Source: Mobula hypostoma (Eukaryota). From it: a DNA stretch of 64,000 nucleotides. Positions 38,440-51,244 of the stretch are shown here, one piece after another. Made by a program: the position numbers and the translations under genes. The stretch is from the NCBI RefSeq assembly GCF_963921235.1, contig NC_086109.1:27530001-27594000 (forward strand), given 5' to 3'. Position 1 is the stretch's first letter; the number at the start of each line of letters is the position of its first letter. The notes under the pieces were generated by a model. The model did not search any database and was not told where the DNA came from. It worked only from the letters and a program-made list of their open reading frames with translations.

Positions 38440-41396
38440 CGCTATATTATGCAACTCCAAAATATAAACACTAACTGAAAGGAAAACAAGGGAGCCAGGA
38501 AAGCGAGTCTAAGTAGTTCTTACTTTAAGCGAGGTATGCACATATGACATGGCAATGTGATGACATATGCCATTCACATATAACGCATAATGAATTGTTT
38601 AAACAAAAAATACTTAATCAAGCAACCTATCTACAATATTATCCAACTATCACTGTAATAGCAAATATACCACACTCATCCCTGCTTAGCTATAAGCTCC
38701 AACTCAAATATGTAACATGTACGTAGCATAGTAAATTTTAAATTGATCCATTAAGGTCTAATAATTTAATTGCCATAGTGGATTTCTTACTCTTGTGGGA
38801 TAACATCTTTCGTGATGAGGTGGAGGGGGGGGGTGTCACTATGCTAGGCAGGAGTGACTTGCGACTGTATATCAACCTCAGGTTCTGTGGTCTCCTCCAT
38901 GGTGGCGGAAGGAGTTGACTATAGCGCTCCAGGAATTGGTTCTGACAACTCTAACCACCTTTCTTCTCTAACAATTGACTCTGTTCTCCTCAAGTGATTG
39001 ACATGTTATCTCCAGATGATATCAGATGCAAACCCCACGGTGTAGGAAAGTTGTCCAGTTCTGTCCTTAATCTTTATGAGCACCCACTCTTGATTATCTC
39101 TGTAGTCCCTCACAAGGGCTGCTTGTCGAGGAGTGGAACATTGAACCTCCTTGTTTGAGGAGCCTTCAACTTGTCTCACTTGTTTGCCCTGCATGCGCCT
39201 TCTGAGATTGGGCTTGAGGAGATCCAAGCGCGAGTACAAGGGATGACCCAGGAACAGCAAGCTGGTGAGTTGTTGGAGGTGGAGAGCACTGCATTGCCAT
39301 ATGCAAGGAGGAAACTGGTGGGCTTCTGTTTCAGTGTCAGTGTCGTGTGTTCTGCTAACATTGTTCGCAGTGCCTTCTTTAGACTCCGGACACAACTTTC
39401 TGCAAAGCCATTTGCAGCTGGGTGCTATGGTGCAGATGTAATATGTCTTACTCCATTCATTTGCAGGAATGACTGAAATTATTCCGCAACCAACTGTGTT
39501 CTATTGTCACTGACTAAGTTCTAGAACACCAGTCCTTGAGAAGAAGCTTCTAACCACATCAGTGTGCAAGGCTGTAGTGGATGCTACTGGGAATGCTTTT
39601 AGCCACTTTCTAGCTGCATCCACTAACACCAAGAAATTTGTGCCCATGAATGATCGAGCATAGTAAGGGACTGTGATGCAAAGGCTATGGATGTTCACTT
39701 CCATCACTCATAACATGTGACATGATTGCACCTATACCATAGGCAAGGTGGCACAGACAAGCTTCACTGGATGATGTGGATCATAATAAGTGAACAAAGT
39801 GTCTGATGTCACCATTTCCTTTACCTTTAGGAAAGCCACCTCACACTGCTTTGTCCATTGCGATTTCTTCCCAGTCTGTAGCAATGAGTTCAAGGGGTGG
39901 AGCACAGTAGCCAGGTTTGGCAGGAATCTGTTATAGCAAATGACAAATCCATAAAGGATCACAACTGGGACACGTCTTTTGGGCTTAGGACATCCACCAC
40001 TGCTTGAATTTTAGCAGCATACTTGTGTAGTCTTTGTTGATTGTTGTATATCACTGTTACAAATGTCATTCCCACAGGAGTTTTCTTTTCTCCAGTATCA
40101 CCTCCTAGTTGGATGTCTGCAGGCTTCAGTTCGGTATCTTTAAAATGGCATTCAAACTCATTTTGAAGAATGACTGAAACAGCCGAACTAATGTCCAATT
40201 CCATTTTAATTAATTTGTTGCTCACTTCTGATGTAAGCCATATTGCTGGTCTATTGTCAGTTTTCACTTCGGAAATCTCAAGGCCACCCAGTCCTGTGTC
40301 ACTCTCATCATTGTCATTTTGCTTTTAGCAAAAGCGGGCAGATAGTTTTGTGCAGTCCACTTATCCTGGTCAGCCTGACATGCTCTTTGCATGTGTCCGA
40401 CATGGTTGAATCTTCTGCAAGTTTCATCTTTCACCATTGGCCTGGTGTATGTGAGCCACAGCAATAAAGATAACACAATTTGTTCAGCCCGGCTGGTTTC
40501 TATTGCAATTTTGTTCTTGCTCTCTCCCATTCCTGACTGTAACTCACTTTCATCTCTGTCTGCCTTTTCCATTGATAAAGATATTTCAAATGCTCTTTTA
40601 AATGTTAGCTGTGCTTCAATTTGGAACCATGTTTGAATGTTTGCTTGTAAGATTCCACAAACCAACTGATCTCTCAGTGCATCATTAAGCACATCACTGA
40701 ACTGAAAATGCTCAGATGATCTCTTCAATTCAGCCACGATGCTGAAATGGACACACTCTTCCTTTTGATTCAAATTATGAAACTTAAAGCATTCTGCAAT
40801 CAACAATAGCTTTGGTTCTAAATGTTCCTGCAGTACTTACCTGATGTCAGCAAAACTCATTTTGGCTGTTTTGGTTGGAGCAGTTTAACTTCTAGCAAAC
40901 AGTATGCCTTTAAATCCAATGGACTCAGCAAAAATGGCACTCATTTCTCTTTGGCTATTTAATTTGCTTCAGAATACTGCTCAATCTGTTCCGTATACAG
41001 CCATTAACATTTTTTTAAATTTATGATTACCACCTAGTATTCACTGTTTATGAACTCATGAACTCTGTTTTCTGCTTTTTGAAAAAAAATTCTGAATCAT
41101 TTGGCTGCATGTTTTTTTACTCAAATATCTCAATGCATTTCAACAGATAGACAGTTGCCTCGGGTTCATTTAGAACTTCCTCATCACCACTGTCATGTTT
41201 TGTAACTCCAAAACAAAAAAAAACAATTGAAAGGTAAACAAGAGTGCATGATTTGGTGGTGTGATGATGTCTGCCAGTATGCCATTCGCCCATTATTACA
41301 CATAACTCATAATGAATTATTTAAACAAATAATGTCTAATCAAACAATATATTTACAATATTGCTTAAATATCACTGAAATATTAAATACACAACA
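38440..41396 (-). mobile_element. Decayed, internally deleted Gypsy (Mag/K02A2.6-like) LTR retrotransposon
   Basis: LTRs at 41191-41396 and ~38440-38674; PBS TGGTGATGAGGA; PPT aagcagggatgag; remnants of gag (ALRDQLVCG), protease (MELDISSAVSVI), RNase H region (YYDPHHPVKL) and integrase (FLVLVDAARKW; SRLDLLKP). Splits a CR1 3' fragment. Confidence 0.9.
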
Positions 41397-42492
41397 GTTT
41401 ATTCTAAGGCTGTGCCCTCTGGTCCTAGCCTCTCCCATTAAAAGATACATCCTCTCCACATCCATTCTGTCCTCTATCTAGACCTTTCAATGTGATTTCC
41501 CCCCCCACACCCCCACTCTTCTAATCTCCAGCATGAACAGGACCAGAGCCATCACAACCCTGAAAAGAGATTTAGAAATAGCCTGACCAGTCCATCAGTT
41601 GTATAGTGGACCCCAGTTCCACTACAAATCACATTATTTAATCCATCGCCATCCTGAGTTGTGTTTGCCCTGCGCAATTTTCCTCTTTGATTTTCATCGT
41701 GCCATCATCTTCATGGCAGCTTGTGACACGCTGTGTGCTCAGCGTGATAGCTTCTAATTTTTATTAAATGAGAAAAAAAAAGTCAGTACTCTTCAATAGC
41801 AATGCTATAGTGAAACAATATTGTCAACTTCACCCAGTGATACCAGGCTGAAAGCTAGTATTACTCCACTGTGAACCTTGCAATTGAAGCTCTTGCTCTT
41901 TATGTTGCTTTCAGATCAGCAATAGGGTGACTGACAAAACTGTTTCAACTCCAAAGTAATCGCTGAACCAATTTCTAGGCTGGGTTTTCAGAAGGAACAT
42001 TCCTGCTCAGGGATCCAAATGCTGGTGAATGTTGATTACTTTGGATCTGATATATTGTAAAAGGGGATTGAATATAAAGTAAATATTTTGTGATAATTTA
42101 ACTAAAAGAGTCCATTACAAGGTTGGGTATTGCTTTTAAAAGATAAACTGTTGCTTTGTGATAGTATATTTACAGGAATCTCACATTCTTTGATTAAAGT
42201 GGAAACTAGCAACCTCATTTAACAATTAATATATTTTGCTTCTCTTAATTAATCTAATTCCTTACTAGGACATATGTCTTTCAGTTACATTAATTTTTCT
42301 CATTTATTTCAATTTCCTCCTTGGGGTGGGTCATAGAATCGGGGATGTACAGTGGGGAAACAGGCCCTTTGGCTTACTAAATCCATGATAACCATCAACC
42401 ATTATCCTGCAAGCATCACCTACTTTCAATTTCTCCTCTCAAGTTAGAAAAGGGCTTCACTATGTGAAGATGGAAAAGTAACCTCATTTCTT

Positions 42493-42882
42493 CAACACAC
42501 ATAAAAGTTGCTGGTGAATGCAGCAGGCCAGGCAGCATCTCTAGGAAGCGGTACAATCGACGTTTTGGGCTGAGACCCTTCGTCAGGACTAACTGAAAGA
42601 AGAGCTAGCAAGAGATTTGAAAGTGGGAGGGGGAGGGGGAGATCCAAAATGATAGAAGACAGGAGGGGGAGGGATGGAGCCAAGAGCTGGACAGGTGATT
42701 GGCAAAAGGGATACGAGAGGATCATGGGACAGGAGGCCCAGGGAGAAAGAAAAGGGAGAGGGGGGAAAACCCAGAGGGAGAAAAAGGAGAGAGAGAAAAA
42801 GAATGTGTGTATATAAAGAAATAATGGATGGGGTATGAGGGGGAGGTGGGGCATTAGCGGAAGTTTGAGAAGTCAATGTTCA
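42493..42882 (-). mobile_element. Penelope 3' fragment
   Basis: Near-identical to 30513-30930; hammerhead GAAA is mutated to AAAA. Confidence 0.85.
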
Positions 42883-44197
42883 GAACAGTTTGCTTTAATT
42901 TGTCCCAATGCTGTGTTACTCTGCCATCTCTGCTTAATGCCCAACATATTACTAACCACCTTTCAGAAGAGACAAGACATTATTCGATGTTCTGTACTTT
43001 CCAACCCAGATTGTGGTTGGATTCTGAAACCACTTGCCCCTATTAAGTAATATGGTAGCGAAACCAGGTTGGTGAAGAATACAACATTACAGCAATTTGG
43101 CAAGTTTACTTCAACATCTTATTGACCTTCTGCAGGAACACATTCTTCACTCCTCTCAATCTTTCCATTCCTTGCAAAACAATAAAAAAAATATATATAC
43201 ATAGTCACATCATCAGCTTTTTACATTTACGTGTTCCGAGCTAATATCTACTGGAAACTCCTGTAAGCTTGATGCTCATCAGCCTCTGAGTGATCCAGTA
43301 CTCTCTTATCCTCAAAAGTCATTAAAATGTTCTTTTGCATTTATAGCTGAAACTCTATATAACTACAACCTACTTGAAATCAAAGCTAATCAGATAGATT
43401 AATGCCATAGTGCTTTTAAAGCCAATGGCATTTAGCTTGTTATTTATCTCTTCTAAAAAAAAATCAATGGTTGCTAAAAAAAAATGGTTGTTCAATTTTC
43501 TGCTAAGTTTCTTTTACCCTGTTAGCTGAGAAGGCTGTTACAATTTACATGTTTGACTTTTGCCACATACATCCAGGTTATAAAATCCAAGTAATGGTAA
43601 ACTATCTTTGACTTCATGAAACAAGACATGATTGCTCAATTCTCTGTAGTCAATCCAAATTTGCATACATGCAGTGAATGATGAAATAAATGCTTTTCAA
43701 AGTCCTTAATAAATGCATTTTCATAGGTTGCTTTCTGACAATTGGTTTATTAGTATCACATGTACCAATACATGTGAAAAACTTGTCTTGCAGACAGTTC
43801 ATTCCAATCAATTAAATACACAGTGCATTGATGTAGATCAAGTTAAAACAATTACAGAATAGAAAATTAAGTGTAACAGCAGCAGATAAGGTGCAGTGTA
43901 GTACAGAATAAGGTGCAAAGTGATAATAAGGTAGACTGAGAAGAAGAATCCATTTTATTGTTCTAGGGAACCATTCAATAGTTTTATAACAGTGGCAGAG
44001 AGACTGTCCTTTAACCTGGTGGCTTTTATACTGCTAACGAGAGCTGTGAAGTTATCTGATTTTAGCAGCATTATTAAATTAGCACCAAATTTTCAAGAAT
44101 GGCCATTTCAGCTCATAACTGTGGCAGCACTACACATAAAGGCAAGATAACTGACAAATTTCTCTTTTTTGGCCAGCAGATATAATAGTCTTGCTCA

Positions 44198-44894
44198 TGT
44201 AAGGGGTTTCTTCTTTTATTTTACTGCTAAGGCTAATGAAAATGGCTTCTTTGTTATGTTAGAATAAACTGGCTTCTTTGTTATGTTAACTGCTGAGAAG
44301 GTGCTTCTCTCTCACTGTTTGTTTGGGTTATATTGTTGATAAGAGGATGAAAGAACCAATTGGGATAGATGTTATTCTTTCTTGTGTGTCTGTAAGCTAT
44401 TGTTTTTTGCGGGCTTTGAGGCAGAAGGCGGATTGGGGCAGAGGGAGGAGATGCGATGCTGTAAGCTGGGAGCCCGAGTGGGAGTCCGAGGCCCAGGGTC
44501 TTCGGCGAGGAGAGAAGAAGACAGACTCGTGTGGAGTGACTGGCCGACCACCAAGGTTGGTCCCAGGCAGTGGGTCGAGGGGGTCGGAGGGGATCGAATG
44601 GTGGAAAGAAGACTCCATTAATTGAGCTCCAACTGTTGTGCATGAAGTGGTTGAACATCGATAAGTTTGGTGTGTTTTATTTTCCATTTATATTTTATCT
44701 CTATTAATTACATAGTTCCAGTAAGATCTATAAAGTGTAATCATTTAATCGCATATGGTGCATTGTGTTATTTGGCAGGGTGGGTACATCACACAGCAAC
44801 CACACAAACTTGATTACCCAGCCTGGCGGGGGAGAAGGCTGCTCCCCCGAGACAAAAGCGAGCTGAGTGAGCCTGAGGCTTACCAGGGTCTACA
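44198..44894 (+). mobile_element. Probable solo LTR
   Basis: TGT...ACA termini, GC-rich interior, CCAAT motif, internal direct repeat tggcttctttgttatgtta x2; flanks tgctca/gtctca match only partly. Confidence 0.55.
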
Positions 44895-45885
44895 GTCTCA
44901 GCTTCTGTGCGCAGCTAGGCTTGAAGATCAGGCGTGGGGGGGGGGGATAATTAGGGTATCTGGGAGGTAATTAGCAAGGCATAGTGGAGTCTCAGCCACA
45001 TCTGACTAATCCCAGGAATGATGCAGGAAGGAAAGGTGATAAGGAACATTTGATGGCTTTAGGTCAGTACTTGATGAGGTCAGAAGGACAACGGTGGGTA
45101 GGCGGCAGGAATTTCATTTAACCTTACCAGATTTTTGATAAGCCCCAGATAGAGTGGATGTGAAGAAAATGTTTTCATCAGCTGAAAAATTCAGGCTAAG
45201 AGGGCACAGCCTCAGAATACAGGGATGTCCCTTTAAAACTGCAATGAGGGGGAATTTCTTAAGCTAGAGGGTTGTGAATCTGTGGAATTCATTGCCACAG
45301 TGCTGCAGAGGCCGTCAATCAGTGCATTTGAGGCACAGATTGATGAGTTCTTGATTGATAAGAGGGTTAAAGGTTACAGGGAGAAGGCAGGAGAATGGGG
45401 TTGGAGAGTAATCAGCCATGACTGAGTGGTGGAGCAGACTCAGTGGGCTAAATGGCATAGTTTTGCTCCCAGATCTTATGTTCTCATAGTCCAGTGTACA
45501 GATGAGCACCTGCTCTGGAATGCTCAGAAAACCTTTCACTATAGGCAGAGCTGGGGGCAGAATGTCAGCTATCATTCATGTGTAATAATTTGTAGATATC
45601 TCTGGTTTGTGAATATATCTAAAACAATCTTGGATGAAATATGAAGGTACGTAAAACAGCGGCTGTAATGTATATAGAATGCATTTCGAACATACAGTAT
45701 GTGGACTTTTGGCAAACTCAACTAAAATTAATGTCTCCTTGACAGCAGTAGTTTCCAAACAAAATTGATTGCCTGATTTTCCTTGCAACAGCAATGGATG
45801 CCAGCACTTAATGCTTTTGACTAATTCATCCACAGTGATGTTACCACACTCTGCGTCACGCAACCTCTTTACATATACATAAATA

Positions 45886-47007
45886 AACTCAGTGGCCACT
45901 TTACTAGATACCGCTTGTACCAAGTAACGTAGGCACTGGCTGTATGTTCGTGGTCTTCTACTGCTGCAGCCCATCCACTTCAAGGTTTGAAGTGTTGCGT
46001 GTTCAGAGAGACTATTGTGCACCTCGCCGGTGCAACCAATGGTTGTTTGAGGCCATGTCACCTTCCTGTTAGCTTGATCCAGCCTGGTCAATCTTCACTG
46101 ATCTTGCTAATGGTAACAAGGCATTTTTGCCCACTCACTAGATTTTTTTTTTTGTTTATTGCACCATTCTCTGTAAATTCTAGAGACTATTGAGAAGCTG
46201 TTCCTCAGTCTGTCAGTCCTAGACCTAATGCTCCTGTACCTCCTTCCTGACAGGATATTGTGTGTGAAAACCTCAAGGAGAAGGTTCACCAGATTGATCC
46301 CTGGGTTGGCAGGACTTTCATATGATGAAAGACTGGATTGACTAGGCTTATACTCTCTGGAATTTAGAAGATTGAGGGGGGATCTGATTGAAACGTTATA
46401 AAATTCTAAAGGGATTGGACAGGCTAGATGCAAGAAGATTGTTCCCGATGTTGGGGAAGTCCAGAACGAGGGGTCACAGTTTGAGGATAAAGGGGAAGTC
46501 TTTTAGGACCGAGATGAGGAAAAACTTCTTCACACAGAGAGTGGTGAGTCTGTGGAATTCTCTGCCACAGGAAACAGTTGAGGCCAGTTCATTCGCTATA
46601 TTTAAGAGAGAGTTAGATATGGCCCTTGTGGCTAAAGGGATCAGGGGGTATGGAGAGAAGGCAGGTACAAGGTTCCGAGTTGGATGATCAGCCATGATGG
46701 TACTGAACAGCAGTGCAGGCTCAAAGAGCTGAATGGCCTACTCCTGCACCTATCTTCTATGTTTCTATGTTTCTAATAGTTTGAGATATTCAAACCACCC
46801 CATCTAGCACCTACATTCATTCCACAGTCAAAGTCACTTTGATCACATTTCTTCCCTATTCTGTTGTTTAATCTGAACAAATAAACATCTTGACCATGTC
46901 TGCATGCTTTTTATTTGCATTGAGTTGCTACCACATGATTGGCTGACTAGGGGATTTGCATTAATGAGCAGGTGTTAAGGTGTACCTAATAAAGAGGCAC
47001 CTGAGTG
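45886..47007 (-). mobile_element. Non-autonomous Tc1-like element (same family as 31889-32417) carrying LINE insertions
   Basis: TA-flanked TIRs actcagtggccactt / aaagaggcacctgagtg; reverse copy of the same internal sequence; interrupted at ~46190-46775. Confidence 0.8.
46277..46774 (+). mobile_element. Young CR1 3' end
   Basis: YKILKGLDRLDARRLFP..RTRGHSLRIKG..FFTQRVVSLWNSLP; (ttctatgt)n tail. Confidence 0.9.
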
Positions 47008-47284
47008 TAAACCAGTGTTGTGCTGGTTTTTAAAATCAGCTTCTATTTACTTAACTAAACTTCTCACATAAAAGGATTGACACATACTGTTGAAAAATAG
47101 AATCTAAATTAGTAAATATTATTTTCAGTTTGACATCATTAAGTACATCTATGCAACACCTAAGTGCTTGAGGATATTTAATACAATTTAGCATGTTTAT
47201 ACCCAAACAAAAAAGATAATAGAACCTTACCACCTGATAATTAAGGGTTGAATTCAACAACTTTTGGTAATAATAACTTACAAC

Positions 47285-48650
47285 AAAACCACTTTGTACA
47301 ATTTAAATGTCTGATGTAGGTAAAGCCCTCCACTGTTCTATCCTCTTTGATCGCGATGCTGACTTGAACAATCCAATAAATGCACATTATTTTCTAATAA
47401 TCTAGCCTAATATTCTTTGCCCGCGTGCGGACACAAATTGATGGTTGGCAGATTCTGATGAGATGCATCAAAATGAAACATTTGCTGCCTTTTGCTCTCC
47501 AGATTCTGTCTGCTCTGCTGAGTTTAAAGCAGTTTCTGTTTTTTTCTAAGAAAGATCAAGGAATTCTAAGCACAAATTACATACAGCACAACTTATTTTT
47601 TCAGTAATGCGTTCTTCTTGTTTATCTAATATTGGAATGGATGGCATACATATCTGTAAATTGCTCATGCACCAAAATTAGTTGTCAATGTATGTTTCTG
47701 TTTATTGCACCCATTTATTAGATTTGGAGCAGACTTTTAAACAGGAATTCTCAACCTTTTTTTATGCCATGGATGCATACCATTAACTAAAGGGTTAATG
47801 GACCCCAGGCTGGGAACCCCTGCTTTAAAAAGAGTAATGTACAGCAATGAAATTTACAAATGTAGAGAGCTCTACATCAAAGTTAGACCTTCTGAAAGGT
47901 GCTGTAATGAAACATTATGAAGCAAAACTATTTGTTAAATCACTTCCATAGAAAGGATGTCTGAAGAAAGGTCAACTGAAAATTTCAGAGTGACAGACTG
48001 TTGTTAATAATTATTAAAATTTCGTGTCCTGAAGTTGGGGTATGGATGAGCCAACTGATTGAAAGGATGCTTGAGGTAATGCATGGTCAAATTTTATTTC
48101 AAATGGATTAATTCAGTATTTGTTGAACTGAGATGTCTGCAGAAACTAAATATCCAATTTTGTGAAATTAGTGCAATCATTCATAAAAGGAGAAAATGGA
48201 ATATAGATAATATTTTTCCATGCAAAGGCTACACTATTCAACTCCCTCGCACTAGGAATGATTCTTGTACCAACTTTGTACAATTTATACAGTGTATGTG
48301 ACGTAGGCTAAACATCATTCTGTCCTTTTTGATCAAGATGCTGACTTGAACAATCCAATAAGTGCACATTACCGACTAATAATCTGGCCTAATGTCCTTT
48401 CCCCATGCGTGAACACATACCGATGGTTGGAAGATATCGATGAAATGTATCAAAATGAAACATTTGCTGTCTTTCTCTCTCCGGTTTCTACCTTGCCCGT
48501 TACATTTTTCCAGCAGTTTCTGTTTTCTTTAACAAAGATCAGGGAAGTGCAAGCACCGATTACATACAGCAGCTCTTGTTTCTCTGTAACCTATTCTCCT
48601 AGCTTATCTAATATCAAAATTGATGGCAAAAGCATCCATAAATCTAAATT
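47285..48650. repeat. Diverged direct duplication, ~370 bp (47285-47660 and 48265-48645)
   Basis: Collinear similarity by eye, including an exact 25-mer gatgctgacttgaacaatccaataa at 47355 and 48337. Confidence 0.85.
47742..47822. mobile_element. 81-bp hAT/Charlie-type MITE
   Basis: TIRs caggaattctcaacct / aggctgggaacccctg; 8-bp TSD cttttaaa/ctttaaaa. Confidence 0.75.
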
Positions 48651-49177
48651 ATTTTGTTGAACAGCATTTAAAAACTGACATGCATTGAGAAATGTAATAG
48701 GTACCTGATTTTACATTACCCCTTGGTGGTAACTTTGTTTTACGCAAAGGATTAACACAAAGGCAATTAAACTCAGTAGTAGAAAAAGGGGTGAGTAATG
48801 GAAGTAGGTGCTCTCCAAATATTTAAGTGTCTGATAAGACACTTATCAGGCAGGCATAGAAGGCAAGTTGATAAGGAGGATTACTATAAATGGTGACTTT
48901 CACCATGGGCATGGTGGGGAAAAGGAACCTTGTCCATGCTCAGCTGTCAGTCTTTGTGTTCCAACTGTGCCTTTTATTATTTCATCCTTAACTTTAATGC
49001 CATGGGTGACCCTGTCAAGGGTGTGATGCTCACATCACAAGATTGCTTATATACACAAACTTCTCTTCCATCACAAGGTCACAGCAACAAATGGTAACTA
49101 AATCATGCATTAACGCAACATACATCAAAGTTGCTGGTGAACGCAGCAGGCCAAGCAGCATCTATAGGAAGAGGCGC

Positions 49178-49213
49178 AGTCGACGTTTCAGGCCGAGACC
49201 CTTCGTCAGGACT
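49178..49213 (-). ncRNA. Minimal type I hammerhead ribozyme motif
   Basis: agtc-CTGACGA-agggtctcggcct-GAA-ACGT-C-gact on the minus strand. Confidence 0.75.
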
Positions 49214-49956
49214 AACTGAAGGAAGAGTGAGTAAGGGATTTGAAAGCTGGAGGGGGAGGGGGAGATGCAAAATGATAGGAGAAGACAGGAGGGGGAGGGA
49301 TAGAGCCGAGAGCTGGACAGGTGATAGGCAAAAGGGGATACGAGAGGATCATGGGACAGGAGGCCTAGGGAGAAAGACGGGGGGGGGGGTGACCCAGAGG
49401 ATGGGCAAGAGGTATATTCAGAGGGACAGAGGGAGAAAAAGGAGAGTGAGAGAAAGAATGTGTGTATAAAAATGAGTAACAGGATCTCCCAGTGGCCACA
49501 CATTTTAATTCCACATCCCATTCCCATTCTGACATGTCTATCCACGGCCTCCTCTACTGTAAAGATGAAGCCACACTCAGGTTGGAGGAACAACACCTTA
49601 TATTCCGTCTGGGTAGCCTCCAACCTGATGGCATGAACATTGACTTCTCTAACTTCCGCTAGGCCCCACCTCCCCCTCGTACCCCAGCTGTTACTCATTT
49701 TTATGCACACATTCTTTCTCTCACTCTCCTTTTTCTCCCTCTGTCCCTCTGAATATACCTCTTGCCCATCCTCTGGGTCACCCCTCCCCCCGTCTTTCTC
49801 CCTAGGCCTCCTGTCCCATGATCCGCTCGTATCCCCTTTTGCCTATCACCTGTCCAGCTCTCGGCTCTATCCCTCCCCCTCCTGTCTTCTCCTATCATTT
49901 TGCATCTCCCCCTCCCCCTCCAGCTTTCAAATCCCTTACTCACTCTTCCTTCAGTT

Positions 49957-49992
49957 AGTCCTGACGAAGGGTCTCGGCCTGAAACGTCGACT
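49957..49992 (+). ncRNA. Minimal type I hammerhead ribozyme motif
   Basis: Same motif on the plus strand; predicted cleavage after GTC at 49988. Confidence 0.75.
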
Positions 49993-51244
49993 GCGCCTCT
50001 TCCTATAGATGCTGCTTGGCCTGCTGCGTTCACCAGCAACTTTGATGTATGTTGCTTGAATTTCCAGCATCTGCAGAATTCCTGTTGTTTGCGTTTAAAT
50101 CATGCATTATACAGTTCTGTAAAAGTTGCAGGCAAGACACATTGTTTCATCATTGACCTCTGCTTCAGCAGCCTGCCAACTACAGAGTTGGATTCTAGTG
50201 CAGAAAACCACAATCCGTTTCCAATTTGTAAACCAGTCATTATGGAAATCAATGTTTATGTTCAAAAGTTAGTACTACCTTCCAGCTAATCAAGGAAAAA
50301 AAATGCTAATTGAAGTGTCTGGTTCTTTGGAGAATACTAAATCTACACTGGTTAATAACTTTGATAATGTCCAATAGATATGTACAAGGTCTATTCTGCA
50401 GACCAGAAATATATAGATTAGGAAAAATGGGAAGAAATTAAGAAATAATTTGACATGGACATGTGGAAGGAAAAGAGACAAGCAAAAAGCTTGTTAAAAG
50501 AAACGTATCATAATGGAGATACAAGAGACTGCAGATGCTGGAATATGGAGAAAGAAACAAACTGCTGGAGGGACTCAGCAGGTCAAGCAGCATCTGTGGA
50601 GGGAAGCAGACTGTCACTGATTACATCGAGACCCTTCGACCGACCGGTTTGTAAAATCTTGCAATATGCCTGAATCTATGGAACTGCTATAGCTTCTAGT
50701 CATACACAGTTGCAGGACATTTCTCAACTCGCGAAGCAGTTCTGAAGGTTTATTCAGTCGCTGAATGGGGATATTTTGTCCATTTCCATACAGTAAATGT
50801 GGTAATTTGAGCTAGATTACATTGGATTTTCATGGCAAATGTTCAGCAACCTGATCAAATGCTTACTTCTTGTGTCCTCATCCATCATTCAGGCTCCTCA
50901 CCACCCAGGACATATTCTCTTCTTATTACTTCCAACAGAGAGGAGGAGCAGCTTCTTCCCCTCTGCCATCAGATTTATGAATGGTCCATGAACCAATAAA
51001 CACTACCCCACTGCCCCTATGTCCTATGGTCTTTTTCAACTTTTGCACTATTTATTCATTCTTACTATAAATTAAAATTTACTGTAATTTGTTACACCTG
51101 TGCAGTACTGCTACCACAAACCAACAAATTTCATGACTTGTTTCAGAGACAACAAAACTGATTCTGATTCAATATAAAGCAAACTCACTGGTGATGTATT
51201 TTACGCATGGGGGGAATCTTTCTAGTATATCTTTGCTTTCTCAC

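Larger units (their letters stand above)
49113..50095 (+). mobile_element. Young Penelope element with long inverted 5' duplication
   Basis: Arms 49115-49482 and 49688-50055; spacer encodes the GIY-YIG C-terminus; exact 14-bp TSD taaatcatgcatta at 49099-49112 and 50096-50109. Confidence 0.95.

Noticed and set aside
47575..48645. Duplicated segments as mutually exclusive copine exons (shared GTATGT on the minus strand)
   Set aside because: Acceptors and lengths are not conserved, the second copy has an in-frame stop, and there is no copine similarity.
49131..50039. Mirror-image ORF pairs (112 aa on both strands)
   Set aside because: By-product of the Penelope inverted repeat 3'UTR.
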